From Candidatus Woesearchaeota archaeon (lineage in GTDB: Archaea; Nanobdellota; Nanobdellia; Pacearchaeales; GW2011-AR1), in NCBI GenBank assembly GCA_964633605.1, contig CAZWGF010000002.1, positions 1 through 40,016 of the forward strand: 40,016 nucleotides of DNA. The letters are read 5' to 3'. This document shows positions 15,245-23,745 of the stretch, in pieces. Position 1 is the first letter of the stretch, and each line of letters starts with the position of its first letter. Made by a program: the position numbers and the translations under genes. The notes below the pieces were generated by a model. The model had not been told where the DNA came from. It searched no databases and worked only from the letters and a program-made list of their open reading frames with translations.

Positions 15245-17539
15245 CTATGGCGCCCATGTTGCATTCGTTCCGACGACAATCCACTTTGATTGAATGTCAG
15301 ACCACTGTAACGTGCAAGATTCGCCATCGTCTGTAAAGGTGACTGATGTTCCGATCAAGTTTGCTCCAGTTAAAACCCCAGAGCCGCCATCAACAACGTG
15401 CATGACGGTTTTAAATTGCCCTTGAGTAATGCCATCAGAAATCGTCAGGGCCTGTGCCCCACCGTCTGATGTGTACTCTGTTATCGACGTGGTAGCGTTG
15501 ATAGCCCCAGCACCTGTCAAAGCCTGGGGTGCCCCACTCATAGCTATGGTGTCGCTAAAGATCGTTCCAGGAGCCGACACTGGTTCCACGAGCGTAGTGC
15601 CTGTCCAGGTGTAAGCTTTCAATGAGCCGGTATTGATCTGCAACCCCCAAAGCCAATGAGCCCCAGTTCCAGTTGAACCCGCTGGACGGAGACGAACTTG
15701 GAACTTGGTCGAATTATACGCCCCAGTTGTGGCACTGTACACGTATCGATTCCATTCGGTTGTTGATGTAGTTGGAGAAAATTGGCCGATGTTGACATAG
15801 GCTGCTGGTCCGGCTGCTGCATCCCAAGCCCATAATTGAATGTCCAGGGCGACACTTGCATCGTCTTTAAGTGCATACAAAGATACGAAGACTGATGTTC
15901 CTGTAGGGACCGAGGTAATCGTACCTGTGTTTTGGGTAATATATCCGCCTGCTGATGTAGCGTCAATGTGGTCTGCTGTAGTAGAGCCATCAGGAGCTAC
16001 CGCATCATTAGCTGTAGACGTAATGGTTGTCTCTACCCACCCGGTCAGATCCTCAGAGTTGGGCATGAGGTTGCCAAGCTGCCCGGCAGCAAATGCCCCT
16101 GTGCTAATGCCTGCCATTGTACTTAGCGGGAAGAAATCCATCTCACCATTACGATGCCGGATAGAAGATTTAGTTACGGTTAATGTGCCTGGTCGACAGT
16201 TTACCAAATCAACATTGTAGCTATTGCTAATAGTCAATGTCCCACCATCAAATCCAGAGATATTGACGTTTGTACAGTTGGTAATAGACGTTGCCAAGGT
16301 TCCAGTTGACAAGTAAGGGCTTCTAAGTGATACGTCCGAACAACCGTTGAGAGTGATGGAATTTGTCACGCTCTCAGAATACACGAGATCAAAGAGAACT
16401 CCTGCCGAATTGAACACATTACCTATTCGGATACCGTTTGTCTGGCCTTCGATATTAGGGGAGATGAAATTCAGGCCAGTACCGCTAATATCAACACCCC
16501 ATCCAGAGGCGTTGTTTTGCTCGAATTCACAACTGGTCCAAGTCACATTATTGATATAGCCGCCGCTGCCTCCGTATTGCAATACGCCGTTATAGTTGTT
16601 CGTAAATCCACAATAAGCAGCATTCATCCTTGCGATTTTAGTCAGAGTTAAGCCGGCTTTTCCTGCGGTTGAAAATGCCCTGGCAACGACATGTTTTAGT
16701 TCAACTCTAACCATGGTATCAAGATCGATGCCGCTACCGTCTGAGTTTGTGCCATCAAAATAGACGCTATCTAGTGTTAGACCTGTAAAGCCGCTGGCTT
16801 CAAAAGCATTTGAGCCATCCGTGATATATGGGATAAAATGAGCATAGTCGCTTGGGCCAGTAATGTTATTGTATCCAGCCCCCAAAATATGTGTGGCTGC
16901 TGTCGAGGTCAATGCTCCAGTATATTCTACTTCCAGAGGCGCTTTGAGTTTGCGCCGTGCCGTTCCCGCCGCTGCAATCGCTCTGTTATAGGCCGCTGCA
17001 TTCTCTGTCCTCACACCCGCTGATTGACTTTGGCCAGGCACCACACCGAACCATTCGGGACGTATCCATGTATTCTTCCCGAACGTATCAGGTGTCATGG
17101 TGCTTTGGAATATTTGGTGCTTTGTGTCTTCGTAGGCCCCGTTGTTCGTGAATGTTGACGATCCATCTCCCATTAAGGAAGCGCCTGGCGCAAACCTGAC
17201 AGTGACGTTTTCACTGATTTCAATGGCTGTCAGAAACTTATAGGCGTTTCCAGTCGTCGGAAAAAACAAAATGCCGCCGTTATCATCGGCCGCCGCTTCC
17301 GCCGCTTCAATCGCCGCTTCGTCATCCGAGCCATCGCCCACAGCGCCATAGTTCGAATCGGTAACATTAAACACTGCCCCATATCCAGACGCAGCAGTAA
17401 GCGCAGCGAAATTGGCTCTGATATCGTCATCCGCCTTATCCCACCGTCGGACATCCGTTGGTTTTGTGGGGTCGAACTGCCCTAAAGCAGCGGTCGTAAT
17501 TGCTATTGTCAGAAGTGCGGTCAGTAGCTTCATCGTCAA
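15245..17539 (-). CDS. pectate-lyase-fold beta-helix glycanase with N-terminal signal peptide
   Basis: MTMKLLTALLTIAITTAALG-QF is signal-like. It is followed almost immediately by VFNVTDSNYGAVGDGSDDEAAIEAAEAAADDNGGILFFP, the typical start of pectate-lyase-3/tailspike catalytic domains. 4-nt overlap with the upstream gene. Confidence 0.8.
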   Translation of the reverse strand: MTMKLLTALLTIAITTAALGQFDPTKPTDVRRWDKADDDIRANFAALTAASGYGAVFNVTDSNYGAVGDGSDDEAAIEAAEAAADDNGGILFFPTTGNAYKFLTAIEISENVTVRFAPGASLMGDGSSTFTNNGAYEDTKHQIFQSTMTPDTFGKNTWIRPEWFGVVPGQSQSAGVRTENAAAYNRAIAAAGTARRKLKAPLEVEYTGALTSTAATHILGAGYNNITGPSDYAHFIPYITDGSNAFEASGFTGLTLDSVYFDGTNSDGSGIDLDTMVRVELKHVVARAFSTAGKAGLTLTKIARMNAAYCGFTNNYNGVLQYGGSGGYINNVTWTSCEFEQNNASGWGVDISGTGLNFISPNIEGQTNGIRIGNVFNSAGVLFDLVYSESVTNSITLNGCSDVSLRSPYLSTGTLATSITNCTNVNISGFDGGTLTISNSYNVDLVNCRPGTLTVTKSSIRHRNGEMDFFPLSTMAGISTGAFAAGQLGNLMPNSEDLTGWVETTITSTANDAVAPDGSTTADHIDATSAGGYITQNTGTITSVPTGTSVFVSLYALKDDASVALDIQLWAWDAAAGPAAYVNIGQFSPTTSTTEWNRYVYSATTGAYNSTKFQVRLRPAGSTGTGAHWLWGLQINTGSLKAYTWTGTTLVEPVSAPGTIFSDTIAMSGAPQALTGAGAINATTSITEYTSDGGAQALTISDGITQGQFKTVMHVVDGGSGVLTGANLIGTSVTFTDDGESCTLQWSDIQSKWIVVGTNATWAP

Positions 17540-18576
17540 AACTCCCTATAAACGACGTTGGCTTGTTCCTGTTTCGATTTGGTGCCCTTGATTTTGCTCA
17601 TGTAGTACAGGTAGGTCCCTGGCTTATTGGACCGACCCATTAGCCGCTCCGCCTTCTCATCTGCCCCCAGGCGGTTCAGATAGGCTATTGCGTCGCCCAT
17701 CGCAATCGTATGGCCCCAAAGCTCATTGTAGACAGCATCTGTGCCAGCAGACAAATCTGTGGGCTTGTAGAATACCATGGGCAGCTTGAGCCGGTAAATG
17801 TCGTCTGGCTTCGGCCTGGCAATAATATCCCGGCCCTCGATCAATACAGCCCGTGGCATCGCTCTGAAGGCCGGATCGCCGTCGGTATAGGTATCCGTTA
17901 CCTCGGCAGCGTCCAGACCAGTGGTGCCCGGTACAAACGTCGCCCCGGACGTGTAAACGACCACATACCCCATAACGATCTCATTGGACCCTGGAGCCGG
18001 TAGATCGTTGAGTGCACGGCCAATGGTATCCCACCCGGTTGCGTTATTGTTGCCATCGTACACTGTGACCGTTTTATCGGCATCAACTGTCAGGAGATAA
18101 GCGCCGTATTTGCCGTCGGGGATCGTATCGCCGCTCAGAGCCACCTCGGCAGTTCCGATCTCGTAGACGTAACCGCTCAACTCATAAGCAAATCCAGCGT
18201 AAAGCACCTTTGTCGTGTCCGTGCCTATGCTCAATGTTGGAGGGGTTGTGTACCCTTCTTCATTGTCTGGATATGCCCGGTAAAACTCCGCAAGGTCCCG
18301 AAACACTGTGATGGGGTTGCCGTTAAGCCAGGCCTTTTGGACATCAACCACGTTTGAAGGCAGGTCATAGGACCCGCTATCTGTCGCTGCTGTGGCAATG
18401 TTGTAGTCCTGGTGGTAGTCGTCGGTATTGACCTCGGGAGCGAATAGGTTGACGTAATGATCGTTGACTCTAATAGTAATGGTCGCGTCTGCAATGTCGG
18501 CAGCCTCTGATAGGCCCGTGTAGTCCCGCCAGAGCTGAATGATGCCTTCTAGGGTATTGTAGTCTGTGCCTGCCAT
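17536..18576 (-). CDS. head-tail adaptor-like structural protein (tentative)
   Basis: 346 aa. The C-terminal pattern IIARPKPDDIYRLKLPMVFYKPTDL...ELWGHTIAMGDAIAYL resembles head-tail connector families. The middle looks like an inserted domain. Confidence 0.6.
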   Translation of the reverse strand: MAGTDYNTLEGIIQLWRDYTGLSEAADIADATITIRVNDHYVNLFAPEVNTDDYHQDYNIATAATDSGSYDLPSNVVDVQKAWLNGNPITVFRDLAEFYRAYPDNEEGYTTPPTLSIGTDTTKVLYAGFAYELSGYVYEIGTAEVALSGDTIPDGKYGAYLLTVDADKTVTVYDGNNNATGWDTIGRALNDLPAPGSNEIVMGYVVVYTSGATFVPGTTGLDAAEVTDTYTDGDPAFRAMPRAVLIEGRDIIARPKPDDIYRLKLPMVFYKPTDLSAGTDAVYNELWGHTIAMGDAIAYLNRLGADEKAERLMGRSNKPGTYLYYMSKIKGTKSKQEQANVVYREF

Positions 18577-18797
18577 TATCTCACCGGATTCATTAAAATG
18601 GATTTAACCTCTTTTACGTCACTGGCCATGTCGTCGATCTTGGCCTGCAAGTGAGTGTAGTCGTTCTCAATCACAGCTATTCGTTTGTCATTGTCGTAAA
18701 ACTTACTTACCCCAGCCAATGCCATCACCACCGTAAACGCAATAATGGGCCACACGAGTTTCAGCCAATTTAACACTACTCCGTCTTTAGGCATCAC
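18576..18797 (-). CDS. single-pass membrane protein with coiled-coil tail
   Basis: 73 aa. TM segment LVWPIIAFTVVMALAGV, then helical DYTHLQAKIDDMASDVKEVK. Confidence 0.65.
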   Translation of the reverse strand: MMPKDGVVLNWLKLVWPIIAFTVVMALAGVSKFYDNDKRIAVIENDYTHLQAKIDDMASDVKEVKSILMNPVR

Positions 18798-18803
18798 TTT
18801 TCC

Positions 18804-19019
18804 TCATTTCTTGTACGTTCGCAGATGCTTGTGTAATACGTGCTTTGCGTGAACCTTTAGGAACTTCTTGTCCTTATACCAATCGCAAAGCAGATCGCCA
18901 TCTACGATATCACGATCCGAACATGTCTTAAATTGGCATTTCATCTTGGCCGATGGTGCCGACATGACAAGTCCGGCAATCAAGAACAGCATCGCTAGAA
19001 TAATCAGTTTCTTGGTCAT
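18804..19019 (-). CDS. small secreted Cys-containing basic protein
   Basis: 71 aa. MTKK + LIILAMLFLIAGLVMSA signal peptide; mature part has 3 Cys and is Lys/His-rich. Confidence 0.65.
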   Translation of the reverse strand: MTKKLIILAMLFLIAGLVMSAPSAKMKCQFKTCSDRDIVDGDLLCDWYKDKKFLKVHAKHVLHKHLRTYKK

Positions 19020-19031
19020 TAGGACACCTCG

Positions 19032-19634
19032 TTACCATCTTGCATGTGCGTAGAGTGTCGTTGCGGCCTCGAATGTGGTCGCAATCACAATGACCTTTCG
19101 CCAACCTTTCATATTGACTCTGTAGATTGCCATTCTGTCCGTGGCGCTATCAAGAACAGAATCATCGTCGATAAGAACCCCGTTCGATGCTGTCACGACA
19201 ATAGTATCCACAAAGAAGTTGCTGACTGTCGCTTGCTGCTTACCGCCCGTAAGGGTAAGGATTGCCCCGAGGGTGAATTGATCCTCAGTTGGGCCATCGG
19301 CCAAGTACTGTGCGACGGCAACCCATATTTCAATCACATGTGCATCTGCATCAGCCTTGGTCTCAAGCCGGATATCAACGAATGGGGCAAGCTGTGGAAC
19401 ATCCCACTGAATTGTCTTGGCATCCGTCAAAGCTACCATTGTGGCCCAATCGCGTGCCCCGACCGCTGGCGTTGCCTGTGATGCTGTCAGATTGCCTATA
19501 TCCGTCCATCTTGTGGTTGGACCGCCATCTAGTACCGGCTGAATTATGTCGCCTGACCGGGTTCTCTGAAAGCCGTAGATTAAGGGCAATACTAAAAGCC
19601 CTATGACGGCCATTGTTTGTAGGGTTTTTTTCAT
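19032..19634 (-). CDS. exported protein, unknown function
   Basis: 200 aa. MKK + TMAVIGLLVLPLIYGF hydrophobic N-terminus, beta-rich body, C-terminal ...LYAHARW. Confidence 0.75.
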   Translation of the reverse strand: MKKTLQTMAVIGLLVLPLIYGFQRTRSGDIIQPVLDGGPTTRWTDIGNLTASQATPAVGARDWATMVALTDAKTIQWDVPQLAPFVDIRLETKADADAHVIEIWVAVAQYLADGPTEDQFTLGAILTLTGGKQQATVSNFFVDTIVVTASNGVLIDDDSVLDSATDRMAIYRVNMKGWRKVIVIATTFEAATTLYAHARW

Positions 19635-19654
19635 CGTACTGCCTTTCTAATTTT

Positions 19655-19684
19655 GGCGGGGGGGTGCGTCCAGCCACCGGGCCG
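19655..19684. repeat. 30-nt exact inverted-repeat copy A (partner 36553-36582)
   Basis: + strand reads GGCGGGGGGGTGCGTCCAGCCACCGGGCCG, the exact reverse complement of the + strand at 36553-36582. Checked base by base against ORF-track anchors. Intergenic here. Confidence 0.9.
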
Positions 19685-19705
19685 TAATGAAGGAGGAGAG
19701 GATTG

Positions 19706-19990
19706 TTAGTCTGGAATCACAGCAATGATCGCGTCCGTTGACATACCCACATAGCTGGTCCCGTCGATTTCCACTTCGTCACTCATTTCTTTAACAAAAA
19801 CAACATGGTCGTAGTACTCATACTCAGGCACGACTTCCTCGCCTGGTTCACATGGTTCAGGATCATTTCCGTTGTTTGACTTCAACAGCAGCGGGCTCAT
19901 GTGGCATGTATGCTGTGCTATTCGACCAATATTGTTCTTGCCTTCGTCCAAAGTGACGAGCAGTCTACTTCCTAGCAGTTTTGGTTCCAT
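19706..19990 (-). CDS. GroES/Cpn10-like small protein (tentative)
   Basis: 94 aa. PKLLGSRLLVTLDE at the N-terminus and DHVVFVKEMSDEVEIDGTSYVGMSTDAIIAVIP at the C-terminus parallel GroES IRPLHDRVIVK... and GDIVIF...ID(G/N)EE(Y/V)L(I/M)...DILAV. Confidence 0.6.
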   Translation of the reverse strand: MEPKLLGSRLLVTLDEGKNNIGRIAQHTCHMSPLLLKSNNGNDPEPCEPGEEVVPEYEYYDHVVFVKEMSDEVEIDGTSYVGMSTDAIIAVIPD

Positions 19991-20000
19991 GTCGCACCTG

Positions 20001-21017
20001 TTATTCTGAGGTAGCTATAAACGGAACTTGGTCCCATGTGTCTGTCCCGCCAGAAGCGGCCTGCGTGTTGTTTAAGGCTCGCACAAGGTTGAAGTCGTAG
20101 CCAGCGGTTGACGTATCGCAATCCACTTCGGTGAAGGCCTTATTTCCGAATATCCAGAAGTCGTCGCTTTCGTCGTCAATCCATAACCCAGACGATATGA
20201 TAGTGTTATACGCAATAATGGATTGAGCAATCACCGTTTCGTCAACATTGACTCCAATGGCACCGTAGAGAAGGTTGTTGGTGATTTGGATATTCGTCGG
20301 CCCTGTAGTGTCGTTGGGTATTTCGATTGCAGATGACGAGAAGTTCGTTCCGTCGGGGGAGCCAAATTCGCAGCCATCTACGACCAGCCAACCACATTCA
20401 GAAGCTTCAAGACCAACAGTTGCCGTGCCATTAGCCTGAATCAGACACCCATGGAACTCAAGACCCGCCTGCCCGTCTACGTCCCACACCTCAGCCGCCT
20501 GGTCGCCATAGAACTGCATGTTGTACCACCGGCAAGAGGGCGTGGCCGTTGTGCTTGGGATTATATGGTTCCCGACAATCGCACATCTATCATAGGGGTT
20601 GTTGTTGCCCAGCCCAATAATATCCGTTTTTTGCGCCATCAACACAAGATCCTCAGTGAGCGTGTCGCCAATGCAGTATATTGTGTTTCTCGCCGCCCAC
20701 TTTCTATAGGAACTCACCGCCATATCCGCGTGAGACGCAGCCAGGGCGGCAGACAGGGTTGTAAAAGCGTCGTCCCAAGATGCTCCATTGCCGGCGGTGC
20801 TCTTATTGCCGTCAACGTAATAGACTCGGCCACTGGGATCTGCCCCGCTATTGAAGGCGGTCGCATCTTCAAGGCCTCCGATATGATCACGCAGATACCT
20901 TTCCAGGGAACGGGGATTCGTCACTGTGTCGTATCTCAATGGGTACGTCCCCAAAGCCGCGAGGGCCGGGGACACGATCATACTTAGGATGAACATGACT
21001 ACTACGAGTCGTTTCAT
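20001..21017 (-). CDS. secreted right-handed beta-helix protein (polysaccharide lyase/hydrolase-like)
   Basis: MKRLVVVMFILSMIVSPALA-A is a clear Sec signal. PbH1-like repeats follow (CLIQANGTATVGLE, VVDGCEFGS, IQITNNLLYGAIGVNV, AYNTIISSG). Confidence 0.8.
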   Translation of the reverse strand: MKRLVVVMFILSMIVSPALAALGTYPLRYDTVTNPRSLERYLRDHIGGLEDATAFNSGADPSGRVYYVDGNKSTAGNGASWDDAFTTLSAALAASHADMAVSSYRKWAARNTIYCIGDTLTEDLVLMAQKTDIIGLGNNNPYDRCAIVGNHIIPSTTATPSCRWYNMQFYGDQAAEVWDVDGQAGLEFHGCLIQANGTATVGLEASECGWLVVDGCEFGSPDGTNFSSSAIEIPNDTTGPTNIQITNNLLYGAIGVNVDETVIAQSIIAYNTIISSGLWIDDESDDFWIFGNKAFTEVDCDTSTAGYDFNLVRALNNTQAASGGTDTWDQVPFIATSE

Positions 21018-21070
21018 TTTATGTACTCCTTATGCTGTGTTTCTCATTTATTGTTTGCCCGAACGCCTGC

Positions 21071-21310
21071 TTAGATGGACAGGGGATCGGGGTCTATCAC
21101 CGGCTCGGGTTCCGGCTTCAGCTTGAGTTCAATTATCTGTGCATGCAACGCTTCTTGGTTGACTTCAAGTTCGGCAACCTTAGCTTGCAACGCCTTGACG
21201 CCTTTCGCAGATTTCTGCCCAGCTAACGTGGCAAGCCTCGCATAAAGGTTGTTGAAGAGTTTGCAGACTTCGTCAAAACTTTCGCACTGCTGTTTTCTGA
21301 TTCTAGGCAT
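21071..21310 (-). CDS. small coiled-coil protein
   Basis: 79 aa; helical heptad-like LQAKVAELEVNQEALHAQIIELK; Pro/Glu-rich tail. Confidence 0.6.
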   Translation of the reverse strand: MPRIRKQQCESFDEVCKLFNNLYARLATLAGQKSAKGVKALQAKVAELEVNQEALHAQIIELKLKPEPEPVIDPDPLSI

Positions 21311-21319
21311 AATAGCCTC

Positions 21320-22066
21320 CTATGTTAATGCTTCTTGAATGAGTTCTTCATCCGACATGTTTTCGGACGGATCAGGCTCGACAACAGACCCAAGTACTTC
21401 CCCTTTTGGTGCTGGCCCGATTATCGTAAATCGAAACCGTGGGATGTCCTTGCATCGCTGGGATATGACGTGCCCTGTGTGAGGGTCTTTACCCTGCTTG
21501 AACACGGGGCTAACACAACGCCTGGCCAGCGACATCAGAACAAGGTCAGTAACAGTCCTAAGCTTGGCCGCTTCGATACTCAGCCCACAACTAATCCAGA
21601 ACTTGGTTAATGTGGTCATGAGATTTTTGTCGTCAAGGGGCCGAGACGTTACTAAGCACTCGGGCATTACGAACCGCAAACCGTCCCACAAATGAAAGGT
21701 GTATGTTCCCACCGTGAATGGAAGATCGGCGCCGTCCTCTTGATTAGTGGCAGGGCTCTCCTGGTTATGAAATTCCACCACAACCCTGCGAGAGTTTCTG
21801 ATTGCCACATCTTGAGGTGAAGGCCGTTTCGAGCCCGAGGGGTTTCCGCCTGACTTTGCTGCAGACTCAGCCCTTAACTCGGCTCTGGCCTGATTTTCTG
21901 CATTGATCTGCAACTTTACTGCAGCCCGTGTAATAGCTACAATCAACTGCTGATCGTTCAGCTTGGCATAATCAACCTTGAGATTCTTTGCCGTATCTAC
22001 CAGCTCATCGTGCTTCAGTGTCGCAAGTACGTCTGTCGTCGTTGCCATAATCCAATCCTTATTCAT
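21320..22066 (-). CDS. hypothetical head-module protein with N-terminal HeH-like motif
   Basis: 248 aa. Alternative start ATG 22048 has the better RBS (AAGGA). LATLKHDELVDTAKNLKVDYAKLNDQQLIVAI resembles a SAP/HeH motif. Confidence 0.75.
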   Translation of the reverse strand: MNKDWIMATTTDVLATLKHDELVDTAKNLKVDYAKLNDQQLIVAITRAAVKLQINAENQARAELRAESAAKSGGNPSGSKRPSPQDVAIRNSRRVVVEFHNQESPATNQEDGADLPFTVGTYTFHLWDGLRFVMPECLVTSRPLDDKNLMTTLTKFWISCGLSIEAAKLRTVTDLVLMSLARRCVSPVFKQGKDPHTGHVISQRCKDIPRFRFTIIGPAPKGEVLGSVVEPDPSENMSDEELIQEALT

Positions 22067-22077
22067 TTTGTAATACT

Positions 22078-22740
22078 TCAGGGGTTAATGAACCGATCAT
22101 GAATGCCGTCGGTCCAGCCATCAACGTCGCCCCAGATATCGACCTGATCGGCCATCCAGGCATCGTAGATGTGATAGTCGCCGTCGGTCATCAGTGCCGC
22201 TGCTACGCGGAAACCTTGATATCCGTTGCGATAGGTGGCCTGGTTGACAATCTCGAACCGTACATCACTGTCCAAGAACTGCTCACCCGTGGCTGATGCC
22301 CAGGTCGGTTCCGTGCCGCTACTGGTGCCAGCCGTAACGCACTCTGCAATCAGGCTGCGATCAGCCACAAGGCCATCGGCTGTCACTGCACTGGCGGTGG
22401 GCTTGATAAAGGTTCCGGGGGCTGTTGCCGTTCTGGCTGTTGCAGCCGTGGAAACAGCAGAAGCCCACTCGGTGATAGTTGGCTTCTCGGCCGCAGTGTT
22501 GTACGACGCAAACCCGCCCCCGTCGGCCAGTAGTGTTGCAGCGCCGCCGTCAACATCGTACTGCAAGCCCTCGATGCTGCTCAAGGCTGCGTCCACGTCG
22601 CTATCCTCAAGTACTCGATGCCAGACGTGCATGATCCCGTCCGTTGTCATCTCATACATATCAACCTTGTCGGGTATGAATCCAACAGGAACATAGATTG
22701 CACCGCCATCGACAAGCAGTATACCGTTTCTGTACTTCAT
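22078..22740 (-). CDS. hypothetical protein downstream of capsid gene (decoration/head accessory?)
   Basis: 220 aa; TATAGGAGTACAAAACG leader. No motif recognised. Confidence 0.75.
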   Translation of the reverse strand: MKYRNGILLVDGGAIYVPVGFIPDKVDMYEMTTDGIMHVWHRVLEDSDVDAALSSIEGLQYDVDGGAATLLADGGGFASYNTAAEKPTITEWASAVSTAATARTATAPGTFIKPTASAVTADGLVADRSLIAECVTAGTSSGTEPTWASATGEQFLDSDVRFEIVNQATYRNGYQGFRVAAALMTDGDYHIYDAWMADQVDIWGDVDGWTDGIHDRFINP

Positions 22741-22795
22741 CGTTTTGTACTCCTATACTATGTTGGGTTGTGTTGATTTACTCGCTTGATGCTGA

Positions 22796-23734
22796 TTAGC
22801 GAGATCCGCGTGTCCCGATCAGGGCGTGAATCCAGTTGTCGTTCAGGATCTTTGCCGCATAGACAGCCTTCCAACCGTAGGTGGAATACTGCTTGAGGGG
22901 ACTGCCGACCTGATCCGGTCGTAGGTGGATGAGCATTTCGTCAGCGCTTTCAATTCGCACATTGCCGTATGCTTCCTCGCCGATGATGGTCATGTAGTAG
23001 TTGGACCCGGACGTGTGTGCGTTCTGCGTCAATGCGAGTCTGACATCCGTCACCGAACCAATCTCGCCGTCATACAGGGACGTGGCAGAACCGTATTGGT
23101 TAGTGTACTTGAAACCGGAAATGTCAATGATATCATTTCTCAGTAGCGTGTGTGCGATCCCTGCGAATGCAGGTAAGATCGGACTTGTTCCTTGCCCCGT
23201 TCCGGCTGCCACGTTTGCTGTGAAATAATTGGCATAGTTGCCAAGCATTACCTCTGTAACAGTCTCGATGTCCTTGAGGTTGTAGTCAGTGGCCACGCCG
23301 CTACCGTTTGAGCAGGTGGTATTGCTCGCAGTACCGGAGATCACGACACGGCACAAGGTGTCAATCGTGATGCGGAATTGATCGGCCAGCCAGCGAGTGC
23401 GTTGTGCTGCATCGCTGTTCTCGCCGGTCAGGTCCAGCCAGCTTGACACCTTCATCCAGGCACCATAGGGCTGGACAGCTTGAGTCAAGTCTGTCTTAGA
23501 CTGCATGATCGGTGTGGGATCTTCGCCCTCGGTCAGGACGGTTGTCTGTGCCGTCGGGCTTGCGTAGCGTCTCCACTTGATGATTTCGCCTGCGTGGGCA
23601 GGCATGTTCTCCATGAGTCCCCACTGCTGATGGATCATGAGGGGCATGGAACGGCGGAGGAATTGCTTGCGATAAAAGATGTTTATCGGGTGATCAATCC
23701 TTCCGGTTGTCATCATGTTTCTGGTTGAAGGCAT
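22796..23734 (-). CDS. major capsid protein (HK97 fold, N4-gp56-like pattern)
   Basis: 312 aa immediately after the scaffold-like gene. IKWRRY...LTEGEDPTP and a C-terminal YGWKAVYAAKIL recall the N4-gp56-type capsid family (recollection only). Confidence 0.8.
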   Translation of the reverse strand: MPSTRNMMTTGRIDHPINIFYRKQFLRRSMPLMIHQQWGLMENMPAHAGEIIKWRRYASPTAQTTVLTEGEDPTPIMQSKTDLTQAVQPYGAWMKVSSWLDLTGENSDAAQRTRWLADQFRITIDTLCRVVISGTASNTTCSNGSGVATDYNLKDIETVTEVMLGNYANYFTANVAAGTGQGTSPILPAFAGIAHTLLRNDIIDISGFKYTNQYGSATSLYDGEIGSVTDVRLALTQNAHTSGSNYYMTIIGEEAYGNVRIESADEMLIHLRPDQVGSPLKQYSTYGWKAVYAAKILNDNWIHALIGTRGSR

Positions 23735-23745
23735 TTCGATAACTC

